Origin: an uncultured Salinivenus sp.
Lineage (GTDB): Bacteria; Bacteroidota; Rhodothermia; Rhodothermales; Salinibacteraceae
Direction: 5' to 3'
Length of the DNA: 55,362 nt
NCBI GenBank assembly: GCA_964491575.1
Contig: CAZBIB010000002.1
Location: 1 to 55,362 of the forward strand
Position numbers and translations under genes: made by a program. The first letter of the stretch is position 1, and each line of letters starts with the position of its first letter. This document shows positions 9,729-19,172 of the stretch, one piece after another. The notes beneath the pieces were generated by a model that was not told the origin of the DNA, did not search any database, and saw only the letters and a program-made list of their open reading frames with translations.

Positions 9729-11360
9729 TCAGTGGACGAGATGAAACCAGCGATAGCCGTAGGGATCGAGGTCCACTTGGCGCGCCTCCACCTCGAGCGG
9801 TTCATACTCGTGGTCCGCAAGGAGATCGGCGAGATGGCCGTCCGGTAAATCGGAAAGATCGAGGCGTACGGTGGCAGCCTCGTCGGTAAGGTTATGCACG
9901 GCAATGACCGTGCTGTCCTCGTACTGACACGCATGGGCGAAGAGGGCCGGGTGCTCCGTTTCGAGAATCGACCAGTCGCCCCAGCCGAACTCGTGGTGCT
10001 CTTTGCGAACGCGGATGAGGCGTTCCATCCAGTTGAGGCGCGAGTCGGGGTCGCGGCGCTGGTCGGCCACGTTGCGCCGCTCGTAGCCGTAGAGGCCGTC
10101 GTCGATCATGGGACGGGCCAGGTCGTCCGGGTCCGCATTGGAGAAGCCGCCATTGTGTTCGGTGGACCACTGCATGGCCGTACGCACGCTTTTGCGACCT
10201 TCCAGCGAGAGGTCGTCGCCCATGCCGATCTCCTCCCCGTAACGCAGCACGGGTGTGCCGGGCAGGGAAAACATGAGGCTGTACGCCATGCGGAGGCGCC
10301 GTTCGTCGCCGCCCATCATGGGAGCGAGGCGCCGGCGGATGCCACGTCCGTAGATCTGCATGTTCTCCTCGGGAGCGAACGCCTCGAAGACCTCCTCCCG
10401 CTCGTCGTCGGAGAGCTTGTCGAGGGTCAGTTCGTCGTGATTGCGGAGAAAGTTGGCCCACTGACCAGCATTCGGAAGATCCGGCGATGCACGCAGTCCC
10501 TCCTCAAGGGGATCCGCTTCCTGGCGGGCGAGAGCGAGAAAGAGCTTTTGGTTTAAAATGAAATTGAAGACCATGTGCATGCGCGTGCCGTCGCCAAAGT
10601 ACTCGTCGACGCGATCGGCTGAGACGTTGGCCTCGGCCAGGAGAATGGCGTTGCCCTGGCGCCACTGGAGGAAGTCGCGAAATTCACGCAGGTACTCGTA
10701 GGGGGCGCTGACATCGGCCTGGTCTTCGATCCCGCGTAGCTCGATCACATAAGGCGCTGCGTCGAGGCGGAAGCCCGAGATGCCCAGCTCCAGCCAGAAG
10801 CCCATGATACGCCGAATTTCCGCGCGCACCTCGGGATTGGCGATGTTGAGATCCGGCTGGTGCTCGTAGAAGCGGTGGAAGTAATATTTCTGCGCCTTCT
10901 GATCGTACGTCCAGGGCGATCGTGACTCGTCGTCTTCGTAGATGATGGACTGGGCGCCATCATCGGGTTTTTCCTCGCTCCAGACGTACCAGTCATGCTT
11001 GTCGGAGTCCGGGTCGCGCGCCTCCTGAAACCACGGATGCTGGTCGGAGGTGTGGTTCACGACGAGGTCGGCGATGACGCGAATGCCGCGCTCCCGGGCT
11101 CCGTGCATGAACTCGACGAAGTCGCCCAGCGTGCCGAGGCGTGGATCGACATCGTAGTAGTCGAGGATGTCGTAGCCGTTGTCGCGGTTGGGGGTGGGGT
11201 AGAAGGGCAGGAGCCAAAGGCAGTTCACGCCTAGGCCGGCAAGGTGATCGAGCCGCTGGGTCAGTCCTTTAAAGTTGCCGATTCCGTCGGTGTCGACATC
11301 CTGGTACGTCTCCACGTCCAGGCAGTAGATAATGGCGTCTTTATACCAGAGGTCACGCAT
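9729..11360 (-). CDS. GH13 alpha-amylase family, trehalose synthase (TreS)-like glucosyltransferase
   Basis: LWYKDAIIY, DNGYDILDYY, DLVVNHTSDQHPWF, GFRLDAAPY, LLAEAN, FLRNHDELTL, YGEEIGMGD. Start trimmed to ATG 11360. Confidence 0.88.
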   Translation of the reverse strand: MRDLWYKDAIIYCLDVETYQDVDTDGIGNFKGLTQRLDHLAGLGVNCLWLLPFYPTPNRDNGYDILDYYDVDPRLGTLGDFVEFMHGARERGIRVIADLVVNHTSDQHPWFQEARDPDSDKHDWYVWSEEKPDDGAQSIIYEDDESRSPWTYDQKAQKYYFHRFYEHQPDLNIANPEVRAEIRRIMGFWLELGISGFRLDAAPYVIELRGIEDQADVSAPYEYLREFRDFLQWRQGNAILLAEANVSADRVDEYFGDGTRMHMVFNFILNQKLFLALARQEADPLEEGLRASPDLPNAGQWANFLRNHDELTLDKLSDDEREEVFEAFAPEENMQIYGRGIRRRLAPMMGGDERRLRMAYSLMFSLPGTPVLRYGEEIGMGDDLSLEGRKSVRTAMQWSTEHNGGFSNADPDDLARPMIDDGLYGYERRNVADQRRDPDSRLNWMERLIRVRKEHHEFGWGDWSILETEHPALFAHACQYEDSTVIAVHNLTDEAATVRLDLSDLPDGHLADLLADHEYEPLEVEARQVDLDPYGYRWFHLVH

Positions 11361-11404
11361 GGGGACGGATTGTATCAGGAAAAGGAAAGCGCGATGGTAG
11401 ATAC

Positions 11405-11425
11405 GCAAGACCTCGGAGGTCTTTA
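11405..11425. repeat. Palindromic REP-like unit GCAAGACCTCGGAGGTCTTTA
   Basis: 17 bp palindrome AAGACCTC-G-GAGGTCTT; exact 21 bp reverse complement of 53326-53346. Confidence 0.7.
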
Positions 11426-11588
11426 CCGCTCTTTCCAGGAGGGCAATCGTGCAGAAGCAGCGGGAATACACATTGAGGACGGGGTTTACGGTGTTCGTCT
11501 GGCAGGTGGTGGGCCGCCGGGAAGCGCAGAGGACGCGCCCCGAGGAGACTGGTAAGGCCGCGTGAGCGGGGGATTCCCGAGGAGCGTT

Positions 11589-11966
11589 CTACCGTCGTTG
11601 TGCTTCGTGCTCGGACGACGGCGTTTCCTGCCAGAGCGCCGACCAGCCGCCGCCGAACTTTTCGGGGCGGTACTGGCCCCGCACGAGCGACAGCCCGGCG
11701 ACCAGTGCCCCCACGACGAGGCTATGGACGATGGCGGTCGTCCCGCCGTAGCCAAGCACCCAGGGGGCGAGAAGAAGCCAGATGCCGAGCGGAAGGTTCC
11801 ACCGACCGGCGGGGCGCGTGGCTTCCCACCAGGCCACGATCGCAAACGTCGCGATAACCGGCCCGATGATACGATCATTCGTCTGAGCCGGTGCAGCGTA
11901 CCCTAATACCGCCGGAGCGGCCATCAGCCAGATTCCGAGTGCTGCGTTAATGAAGTGTGCCCACAT
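11589..11966 (-). CDS. SPW repeat membrane protein
   Basis: Two GIWLxxAP(A/W)VLGY repeats; start trimmed to ATG 11966. Confidence 0.82.
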   Translation of the reverse strand: MWAHFINAALGIWLMAAPAVLGYAAPAQTNDRIIGPVIATFAIVAWWEATRPAGRWNLPLGIWLLLAPWVLGYGGTTAIVHSLVVGALVAGLSLVRGQYRPEKFGGGWSALWQETPSSEHEAQRR

Positions 11967-11971
11967 TGTTT

Positions 11972-12002
11972 GAGTGGCGAATTTCGAGTGGCGAATTTCG
12001 AG
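11972..12002. repeat. Short tandem repeat (GAGTGGCGAATTTC)x2
   Basis: Exact 14 bp duplication made of two heptamers, in the intergenic spacer. Confidence 0.7.
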
Positions 12003-12023
12003 TTTTTTCCTCACTGCTGAACT

Positions 12024-12638
12024 TCATTCGACATCGGCGAGGCCCCAGAAGTGGCGCCAGAAGGAGCGGTCCGAATTCTTTACCCGCTTCATGTATTGCA
12101 GACTGGCCAGCATCTCATCCATGGCCGGTCCGATCATGGCGACCGAGATGACAGCCGTGGTCAGGCACAGGGTGCAGAAGCTGTCGTAGAGGACAGGCTG
12201 GAAGACCACCAGCATGATGCTCACGAAGCCGAGGGGACCGACGGCCAGGCCAAAGACGATGACGATCCAGGGCATCGTCTTCCAGCGCTTGGTCGAGCCG
12301 ATAGCCCCGGTGACAGCATCGACGAAGTACCCGAAGGCACCGAGGAAAGCGTCGGGCACGCCCAGGTACTTCATCGTTTGCTTCGAGACCCCGGACTCGC
12401 GTAGAATATTTTTGCTGCCGCCCCCCAAGTTGTCCTCACCGCCAAAAAACGGCTCCCAGATGCGGTTGATAACCTCCCACTGGTAGAGGGACAGGTACAT
12501 GGCGATGCCAAGACCCACGAGGGCAAGGCCCACAATGGGCAGACGCTCGGACCAGGCGGCCGGGTTTTTCTCCCACCCGGGCGGTACGCGGTCTTCTGTA
12601 CTTGTGTCCTTCTTTGCGGCGTCGGAGTCGTTAGGCAT
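12024..12638 (-). CDS. Vitamin K epoxide reductase (VKOR) family protein
   Basis: Four TM segments, VPDAFLGAFGY, redox CTLC motif; start trimmed to ATG 12638. Confidence 0.85.
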   Translation of the reverse strand: MPNDSDAAKKDTSTEDRVPPGWEKNPAAWSERLPIVGLALVGLGIAMYLSLYQWEVINRIWEPFFGGEDNLGGGSKNILRESGVSKQTMKYLGVPDAFLGAFGYFVDAVTGAIGSTKRWKTMPWIVIVFGLAVGPLGFVSIMLVVFQPVLYDSFCTLCLTTAVISVAMIGPAMDEMLASLQYMKRVKNSDRSFWRHFWGLADVE

Positions 12639-12681
12639 AGGATATTGCGTGTTTTCAGGTTGGGAATGCGAGCAGGACAAC

Positions 12682-13236
12682 TCAGTTGTCGGTGCGCGAT
12701 TGAGTTCTCAGGAGGCGAACAGCTTCTCGGGCTTCCGGAAGAGCCAGAAGAGCAGCACCCACCGAAAAGCCCGCAGCCAGCAGGCACCAGAAGCAGAAGG
12801 CACCGTGCTTGGTCCACTGATCGCGCGTGAGCTTGACTGCCTGGGCGGCGTCCGCCCCGGTCTTAATGGACACAACGAGAGGAAGCCATGGCAGACGCCG
12901 GGCGCGATTCCTGCCTCCCGTGGAGGTGAGCAGGGCCGTTGCGGCATAGCTGGCGAGTCCGATGGGGGCATCCGGCGTCGAGAACCAGGCGTACGCTTCC
13001 TCAGACGCATCGACCTTGTCGGCGTCGAAGAAAGAGAGCGGCGGTTCGGGAAGGTGGGGGAAGACGCCCATCTGGTAGAGGGCCACCATTCCGATGGAGC
13101 CTGTCGCCCCAAGGGCACAGCTCAGGATGCCGCGCCGCTGCGTGAGAAATCCACCGCCCTCGTTCCGGAGCTGGTGGCTTACCTCAGCGGGGGAGAGGGC
13201 ATCCAGGCGAAAGTAGCTGTCGCTGGAGGAGTTCAT
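12682..13236 (-). CDS. VKOR family protein (second paralog)
   Basis: ALYQMG...DADKVDASEEAY...PDAPIGLASY, redox CFWC motif. Confidence 0.82.
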   Translation of the reverse strand: MNSSSDSYFRLDALSPAEVSHQLRNEGGGFLTQRRGILSCALGATGSIGMVALYQMGVFPHLPEPPLSFFDADKVDASEEAYAWFSTPDAPIGLASYAATALLTSTGGRNRARRLPWLPLVVSIKTGADAAQAVKLTRDQWTKHGAFCFWCLLAAGFSVGAALLALPEAREAVRLLRTQSRTDN

Positions 13237-13257
13237 GGCAGAAGGGAACGGGAGGAG

Positions 13258-14265
13258 TTACGTTGAATCTCGCGTGGCGAAGAACGTGCCCACCAGGGCA
13301 GCGAGCCCGGCGCCGGCGGCGGCAAGCCAATGTTTGTTTTTCGACATCCAGAGTTCCGGACTCCAGGTGCGCGCTCGGTCATCAAAGGAGCCGTGGGCCC
13401 CATGATCACCCGGAACGGGGTCCCACAGGTTGTCAGGACGGTCGGGATCCTCGCGCTCATCTCGCATCTGGCTTTCGTAGCCGGTGTGAGACAGGTACCA
13501 GTCGGCCAGGCCGGGGACGAGCTTTTCGCCGATGATCGTCTGCGTGGCTGGGTAGCCAACGTATATCTCGCGTCGACTATGGTGAGCGGCCCATTCGATG
13601 GCGTCCGCGGCCACTTCGGGCTGGTAGATGGGAGGGACGGGTTGGGCCTTCTTGGGCAGCTTGCTCCGCACCCACTCAAACTGGGGTGTGTTGAGGGCCG
13701 GAAGCTGAACCATCGTCATCTCCACGTTCGAGTCGTTATGTAGCAGCTCGGCGCGAATCGAGTCGAACATGCCTTCGACGGCGTGCTTGGCGCCGCAGTA
13801 GGCCGATTGCAGGGGGATGCCGCGATATGCCAGCGCCGAGCCGACCAGAACAATCGATCCCCGGTCCCGGGGCAACATCCGGCGAAGGGCCGACATTGTG
13901 CCGTACACTTGGCCGTGATATACGACATCGGTCACGCGGCGGTACTCCTCGGGCTCGATGTCTTTGAACTCCGAAAAGACGGAAGTCATGGCGTTGTTGA
14001 TCCAGACGTCGATGGGCCCAAACGCGTCCTCGACGGCTGCGGCGGCGTCCTCCACCTGTTCGGCATCGGCCACGTCCGTGGGAACGGATACCGCCTCGCC
14101 CCCCAGCGACTCGACTTCTTCTTTTGTGGCCTCCAGCCGGTTCTCATCCCGGGCCAACAATCCAATGCGCGCGCCTTGCTTGGCAAATGTTTGGGTCGTC
14201 GCTCGCCCGACCCCTGCGGTGGCTCCCGTAATGACGACGACTTCTGAATCTGCTGAGTTGCTCAT
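13258..14265 (-). CDS. SDR family oxidoreductase with C-terminal membrane anchor
   Basis: TGATAGVG, WINNA, catalytic YCGAK, hydrophobic C-terminus. Confidence 0.92.
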   Translation of the reverse strand: MSNSADSEVVVITGATAGVGRATTQTFAKQGARIGLLARDENRLEATKEEVESLGGEAVSVPTDVADAEQVEDAAAAVEDAFGPIDVWINNAMTSVFSEFKDIEPEEYRRVTDVVYHGQVYGTMSALRRMLPRDRGSIVLVGSALAYRGIPLQSAYCGAKHAVEGMFDSIRAELLHNDSNVEMTMVQLPALNTPQFEWVRSKLPKKAQPVPPIYQPEVAADAIEWAAHHSRREIYVGYPATQTIIGEKLVPGLADWYLSHTGYESQMRDEREDPDRPDNLWDPVPGDHGAHGSFDDRARTWSPELWMSKNKHWLAAAGAGLAALVGTFFATRDST

Positions 14266-14314
14266 AAAGAGGTGCTGGTTTCTGTGATTTTGCTGTGCGA
14301 TTCGACGTGTTCGG

Positions 14315-14785
14315 TCACTCGTCTTCAGGTGCAGAGGGCTTCAATTGCTCCAGCAGCCACCGGCGGTATACCTCGGCCTCCTCGCGCTTGCCGGTCCAGC
14401 GCGCGCGGTTAAACATGGTGAGGGACATGAGCAGGGCATGATGTTGCCCGGCCCGGTCGCGTGCCGTCTCAAACTGCTCGTGCAGGCGATCAATGTGCTC
14501 GACGCTCTCGCGGGCGGTCTCTATGTCTTTGAACCCGAGCTTTCCCGCAAAAAACTTCGAGTACACGTTCATCGGGTGCGACGTGGACGTGTACAGGTCG
14601 AAGTACTCCGTCTTGAGTCCTTCCTCCTGGAGGACCGAACCGACGTAGCTGGGGCTGGCATCGGTCAGCATCGCCAAGTCCTGCACGTCGCGCATGCCGG
14701 AGAAGTAGAGCGAAAGGATCTGCTCTTTCTTCGTCGGGGGCTCTTCCTGCAGGTTTCGGGTGTCGTTCTGTTCGTCCTCGGCCAT
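14315..14785 (-). CDS. Hypothetical protein with possible N-terminal HTH
   Basis: 156 aa ORF tightly packed in the operon; TKKEQILSLYFSGMRDVQDLAMLTDASPSYVGSVL has an HTH-like pattern. Confidence 0.75.
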   Translation of the reverse strand: MAEDEQNDTRNLQEEPPTKKEQILSLYFSGMRDVQDLAMLTDASPSYVGSVLQEEGLKTEYFDLYTSTSHPMNVYSKFFAGKLGFKDIETARESVEHIDRLHEQFETARDRAGQHHALLMSLTMFNRARWTGKREEAEVYRRWLLEQLKPSAPEDE

Positions 14786-14824
14786 GGGACTTGCGATGGA
14801 TGGGTTCAGGGGAGGGCGACAGAG

Positions 14825-15202
14825 CTACTCCGAGAAGGCCACGGTAGAGAGCAGGGCATTCTCGGCCTGACGCGAGTCGAGCCGGGAATGCTGCACCACG
14901 ATGGGCACGTCCGCCTCGATTACGCTGGCAAAGTCCGTTGCTTTCGGGATCGGCTCCGGATCTTCCAGATTGTTGAAGCGCACGTGTCTGGTCCGGCGCG
15001 GCGGCACGGTGATCCGATAGGGCCCGATCGGGTCGCGGTCCGAAAAGAAGATGGTGATCTCAACGTGCGCCTCCTCGTCCGAGGCGTTGAGCAGACACGC
15101 GGTCTCGTGGCTCACCATCTCCGGTTCGGGACCGTGGCTCTCGTCCGGGATGTAGCCTTCAGCGATGGCCCAGCGGGTTTTTCCGATTGGCTGATTCTCC
15201 AT
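14825..15202 (-). CDS. Sensory rhodopsin transducer (ASRT) family protein
   Basis: IGKTRWAIAEGYIP, SHETACLLNASDEEAHVEITIFFSDRDPIGPY, RRTRHVRFNNLEDPEPIP, VPIVVQHSRLDSRQAENALLST closely match Anabaena ASRT. Confidence 0.9.
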   Translation of the reverse strand: MENQPIGKTRWAIAEGYIPDESHGPEPEMVSHETACLLNASDEEAHVEITIFFSDRDPIGPYRITVPPRRTRHVRFNNLEDPEPIPKATDFASVIEADVPIVVQHSRLDSRQAENALLSTVAFSE

Positions 15203-15205
15203 GGA

Positions 15206-15892
15206 TTAGGAGGATTTTTTGGTCTGGTTTTCCGATGAGTGCCGGGGCTGGAGGACGTTCCACACGCCCTTGCCAGCAGTTTTGAGGGCTTTCCACTTGA
15301 CATACGTCTTGGCAGCGCTCCATCCCCAGCGGCGAAGCGTAGAGCTGGACTTGCGGCGCAGCAGCACCTGTGTGGTGAGGGCCGTGGCCCCTCCGTACGC
15401 CAGATGGGCACCGAACCGGTGCACGTGCTGCTTCATAGGGAAGGCGGTCGGTCCCTTGGAAAGGCCCAGGAGCGGGACCATCACTTCATCGCCTGCGGCC
15501 CAGAGCGCTGTGCCGAAGACCGCGCCGCCCGAGAGATCGGCTCCCCGGACCGGACCACGAACGGCGCCGTACACGCCACCCATGGCGCTGCCGTACACCC
15601 AGTGGACAGCCTTGCTCAGGGTGGATTTTTCCTCCGAAGAGGGTTCCTCGCCCGTGGCGGCTTCGTGCACCTTCCGGCCCAGAGCGACCGTCGAGGGCTC
15701 TCCTTCCTTGCGTTGCTTCCCGATCGCGCTCATGTCATCCAGTGTATCGGGGGCGTTCTCGGCCGTAAGCGAGCGTGGGTCTTCGCCCTCGATCGCTGTG
15801 ACGGCTTTCCAGTAGTAGTCCATTGCGAGGGTGCCGACGACCCCCCCGGCGATCCCGGCCGCAATGTGTTTGAAGATGTTAGTGGCAGCCAT
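15206..15892 (-). CDS. DUF1440-type membrane protein
   Basis: AAGIAGGVVGTLAM, VHWVYGSAMGGVYG, GDEVMVPLLGLSKGP, HLAYG; start trimmed to ATG 15892. Confidence 0.78.
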   Translation of the reverse strand: MAATNIFKHIAAGIAGGVVGTLAMDYYWKAVTAIEGEDPRSLTAENAPDTLDDMSAIGKQRKEGEPSTVALGRKVHEAATGEEPSSEEKSTLSKAVHWVYGSAMGGVYGAVRGPVRGADLSGGAVFGTALWAAGDEVMVPLLGLSKGPTAFPMKQHVHRFGAHLAYGGATALTTQVLLRRKSSSTLRRWGWSAAKTYVKWKALKTAGKGVWNVLQPRHSSENQTKKSS

Positions 15893-15905
15893 GGTAATGG
15901 AGTAG

Positions 15906-18900
15906 TTATTGGCGTTGAAAGAGATACGAGAGCGCAGCACTCGTCAAGAACGCCCCGCCTCCCAAGAGCAACGTCTCCGTTAAACTCAGAGACGGGATCT
16001 CTGTCGTGTCGTTAGCGGAGAAGCGCAGTTGTTCGGCGTAGAAGTTTTCGGGAGAGCGCACGGCCTGCCCATTCTGGTGCTCAGCCAGGTGGAGCACCTC
16101 GGCCAGGTGCAGGGCGCGCCGGTCGGTGGTCTGTTCGATCTGCTCGCGGCAGCTGAAGCCATCGGCAATGATGAGCGTATCGGAGGCGGCGTCGCGCACC
16201 TCGGGGAGCAGCTTGTGTTCTCCTGCCTGGATCGACACGTCGTAGTGCTCGGCCTCGAACCCGAAGGCGCCCGCCATGCCGCAGCAACTGGCCGGCACGA
16301 AGTCGTCGAAGTCGAGCCCCATCTGCCGGAGCAGGGATTTTTCGGAATCGGCTCCCATGATAGATTTGTGGTGACAGTGCCCGTGCACGAGGGCCTCGCG
16401 GTTCAGCGAGGGGGGCTCGTAGTCGTCGGCCTCGTTTTCCAGGAATTCGCCGAGGGTGTACACGTTTTGGCTGAGGCGCCGGGCGTCTTCGTCGTCGGGG
16501 AAGAGGTTGGGCAGCTCGTCGCGGAAGGCGGCCACGCAGCTCGGCTCCAGCCCGATGATGGGGGTGCCCGAGCGGTAGTGGCCGCGGAGGGCCTCCAGCT
16601 GTTCTCGCCAGAGGCGCTTGGCCGGATCGATCCAGCCGTAGTCGTAGAGGGGGCGCCCGCAGCAGAGCGTCTGGTCTGGAATGGCGACCTGGAACCCGGC
16701 CTCTTCCAGGACGGCAACGGCGGCCTTGCCGGTGTCGGGCTTGAGAAAGTTGTTGAATGTGTCGGGGAAGAGAATGACCTCTTGGACGGGTGTGCCGGTC
16801 GCCCGATCTTGAGCGGTATTTTCTTCAGCGATGCGATGCATCGTGTCGTTGCTGTGATGCGTAACCCAGAGCCCCTCACTTTTCGCCACGCCCTCACGCT
16901 CCATGAACCACTCGCGGAACGTTTGCGGCGGGAAGGGGGGAACGCTGCGCTCTTGCGCCACCCCGCCGATCCACTTGGCCACCGTGCTGAGGCCGGGGGT
17001 CTGCGTGACGAAGTTGGCCAGCGAGGGGACTCTGGAGGCGAGGCGGGCCCACCAGTAGATGAGGCCGAACGCGTACGCATGGCGCGGTCGCACATTGTCG
17101 CGTTCCTCGTAATAATGAGATAGAAACTCCGCCTTGTAGGTGGCCATGTCCACATTTACGGGACAGTCGCTCTTGCAGCCCTTGCAGGCGAGGCAGAGGT
17201 CCAGCGCCTCGTAGACATCGTCATTGTCCCAGGCATTGGGCGTCTCGTCGCCCTCGAGCATCTCGAAGAGCAGGCGACTGCGGCCACGCGTGGTGTGTTT
17301 CTCCTCCTGGGTGGCCAGGAAGCTGGGGCACATCACAGTCTCGGACTCCACTTCGTGCTTTCGACACTTGCCCACGCCTACGCATCGCAGGGCTGCGTGC
17401 GAAAATCTTCCATTGTCTTCCGGGTAGGCAAAATGCGTGTCCGGCTCCTGCGGATGGTAGTCCGTGCCGAGGCGCAGATTCTCGTCGAGGCGATTCGGAT
17501 CGACGACCTTCCCGGGATTCATCTTCCCCTCCGGGTCCCAGATCGCCTTGAATTCCCGGAATGCCTCGATGAGCGTCTCGCCGTACATCTTGGGCAGAAG
17601 CTCTCCGCGCGCCTGTCCGTCGCCGTGCTCGGCGGAGAAGGAGCCGCCGTACGTTGCGCACAGATCGGAGGCCTCGTCGATGAAGGAGCGGTACTGTGAG
17701 ATGCCCTCGTCGGTGCGCAGATCGAACGGGATGCGCGTGTGGATGCAGCCCTGCCCGAAATGGCCGTATAAGGCAGCGTCATAGCCGTATTCGTCGTACA
17801 GGTCGCGCAGGTCGCGCATGTAGTCGCCGGCGGATTCGGGCGGAATGGCCGAATCCTCCCATCCAGGCCAGGCCTCTTTGCCGTCCGGGCGGTGGGCCGT
17901 CACGGCGAGGCCGGCCTCGCGGATGGCCCAGATCTCTTCGCGGGCCTCCGGGTCGCCCACCACCTCCGTCTCGATCAGGGCCGGCCAGTCTTTCTCTTCG
18001 ATCGCTGCCTGCGCCTCGCGGGCATTGGCATCGGCCTCGTCCTGCGTCGCACCGCCAAACTCGGCGATCAGGAAGGCGTATCCCTCGGGCAGCACGTGGA
18101 GGTATTCGGGATGGAAGTGCTTGCGCCGCACCTCATTGATCAGCTCGTGATCCATGCCCTCCAGGGCCAGTGCGCCTTGCTCACCGACACCCATCACGTG
18201 GTCGCCGGCGTCGTATATGTCCTTGAAGCCCAACACGAGCAGCGCGCGATAGGGCGGGCTGTGGACGAGTTTGACTTTGGCGCTCAGCACGGTGGCGCAT
18301 GTGCCCTCGGTGCCGACGAGCGCCCGGGCAACGTGGAAGCCGTTTTCCGGAAGCAACTCCTCCAGATTGTAGCCCGAGACGCGGCGCGGGATGTCGGGGT
18401 AGCGGTCGCGGATCTTGTCCGCGTGCTCGTCGCGCAGATCGCGCAGCCGCCGGTAGATGGTGCCCTTGCGTCCGCCGTCCTCGATGATTTGCTCCAGCTC
18501 ATCCTCAGAGGTGGGGCCGACGGTCAAGCGGGTGCCGTCGTAGAGCAGCACCTCCATCTCTTCGACGTTATCCTGCGTGCGGCCTGCCATCTGCGAGTGC
18601 ATCCCGCAGGAATTGTTGCCGATCATTCCCCCGAAGGTAGCATACTCGTGCGTGGAGGTATCCGGGGCGAACGTCAGGTTGTGCTCGGCCTCGGTTTTTT
18701 CGGTGAGCTGGTCCCGCCGCACGCCCGGCTCCACGTGTGCCCACTGTTCGTCCGGGTTGACCTCCAGAATGCGGTCGAGGTACTTCGAGCCATCGATGAT
18801 GACGGCGCGATTGGTGGTTTGCCCGGCGAGACTGGTTCCTGCGCCCCGGTGCGTGATGGGGGCGCCGTGCTCGTAGCAGACGGTCACGGCCTCCGCGAGC

Positions 18901-19148
18901 GCGTCGGTGCTGTGCGGGATGACGACGCCGATCGGCACCTGCCGGTAATTGGAGGAGTCGGTGGAGTAGGTCGCCTTCGATCCGCTGTCGAACCGCACCT
19001 CACCGTCCACACGCGCGCTGAGGTCGCGCTCCAGCGCCGATACGTCCCCGTCAAACGAGGAGCGGGGACGCGGCGAGTCCGTCCAGGGCGTATCGCCGCC
19101 CATCGACTGTGGCCTGTCGTGGATCTTTTTGGCTTCGGGCTGGGGCAT
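15906..19148 (-). CDS. FAD-binding and Fe-S-binding oxidoreductase (GlcD/GlcF fusion, YdiJ/D-lactate dehydrogenase-like)
   Basis: RGAGTSLAGQ FAD loop, GGMIGNNSCG, SAEHGDG, Fe-S motifs CVGVGKC and CLACKGCKSDCP, two CCG domains, C-terminal TM helix. Confidence 0.92.
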   Translation of the reverse strand: MPQPEAKKIHDRPQSMGGDTPWTDSPRPRSSFDGDVSALERDLSARVDGEVRFDSGSKATYSTDSSNYRQVPIGVVIPHSTDALAEAVTVCYEHGAPITHRGAGTSLAGQTTNRAVIIDGSKYLDRILEVNPDEQWAHVEPGVRRDQLTEKTEAEHNLTFAPDTSTHEYATFGGMIGNNSCGMHSQMAGRTQDNVEEMEVLLYDGTRLTVGPTSEDELEQIIEDGGRKGTIYRRLRDLRDEHADKIRDRYPDIPRRVSGYNLEELLPENGFHVARALVGTEGTCATVLSAKVKLVHSPPYRALLVLGFKDIYDAGDHVMGVGEQGALALEGMDHELINEVRRKHFHPEYLHVLPEGYAFLIAEFGGATQDEADANAREAQAAIEEKDWPALIETEVVGDPEAREEIWAIREAGLAVTAHRPDGKEAWPGWEDSAIPPESAGDYMRDLRDLYDEYGYDAALYGHFGQGCIHTRIPFDLRTDEGISQYRSFIDEASDLCATYGGSFSAEHGDGQARGELLPKMYGETLIEAFREFKAIWDPEGKMNPGKVVDPNRLDENLRLGTDYHPQEPDTHFAYPEDNGRFSHAALRCVGVGKCRKHEVESETVMCPSFLATQEEKHTTRGRSRLLFEMLEGDETPNAWDNDDVYEALDLCLACKGCKSDCPVNVDMATYKAEFLSHYYEERDNVRPRHAYAFGLIYWWARLASRVPSLANFVTQTPGLSTVAKWIGGVAQERSVPPFPPQTFREWFMEREGVAKSEGLWVTHHSNDTMHRIAEENTAQDRATGTPVQEVILFPDTFNNFLKPDTGKAAVAVLEEAGFQVAIPDQTLCCGRPLYDYGWIDPAKRLWREQLEALRGHYRSGTPIIGLEPSCVAAFRDELPNLFPDDEDARRLSQNVYTLGEFLENEADDYEPPSLNREALVHGHCHHKSIMGADSEKSLLRQMGLDFDDFVPASCCGMAGAFGFEAEHYDVSIQAGEHKLLPEVRDAASDTLIIADGFSCREQIEQTTDRRALHLAEVLHLAEHQNGQAVRSPENFYAEQLRFSANDTTEIPSLSLTETLLLGGGAFLTSAALSYLFQRQ

Positions 19149-19172
19149 AGCAAAAGCGTTGTTTGAAGGTCG

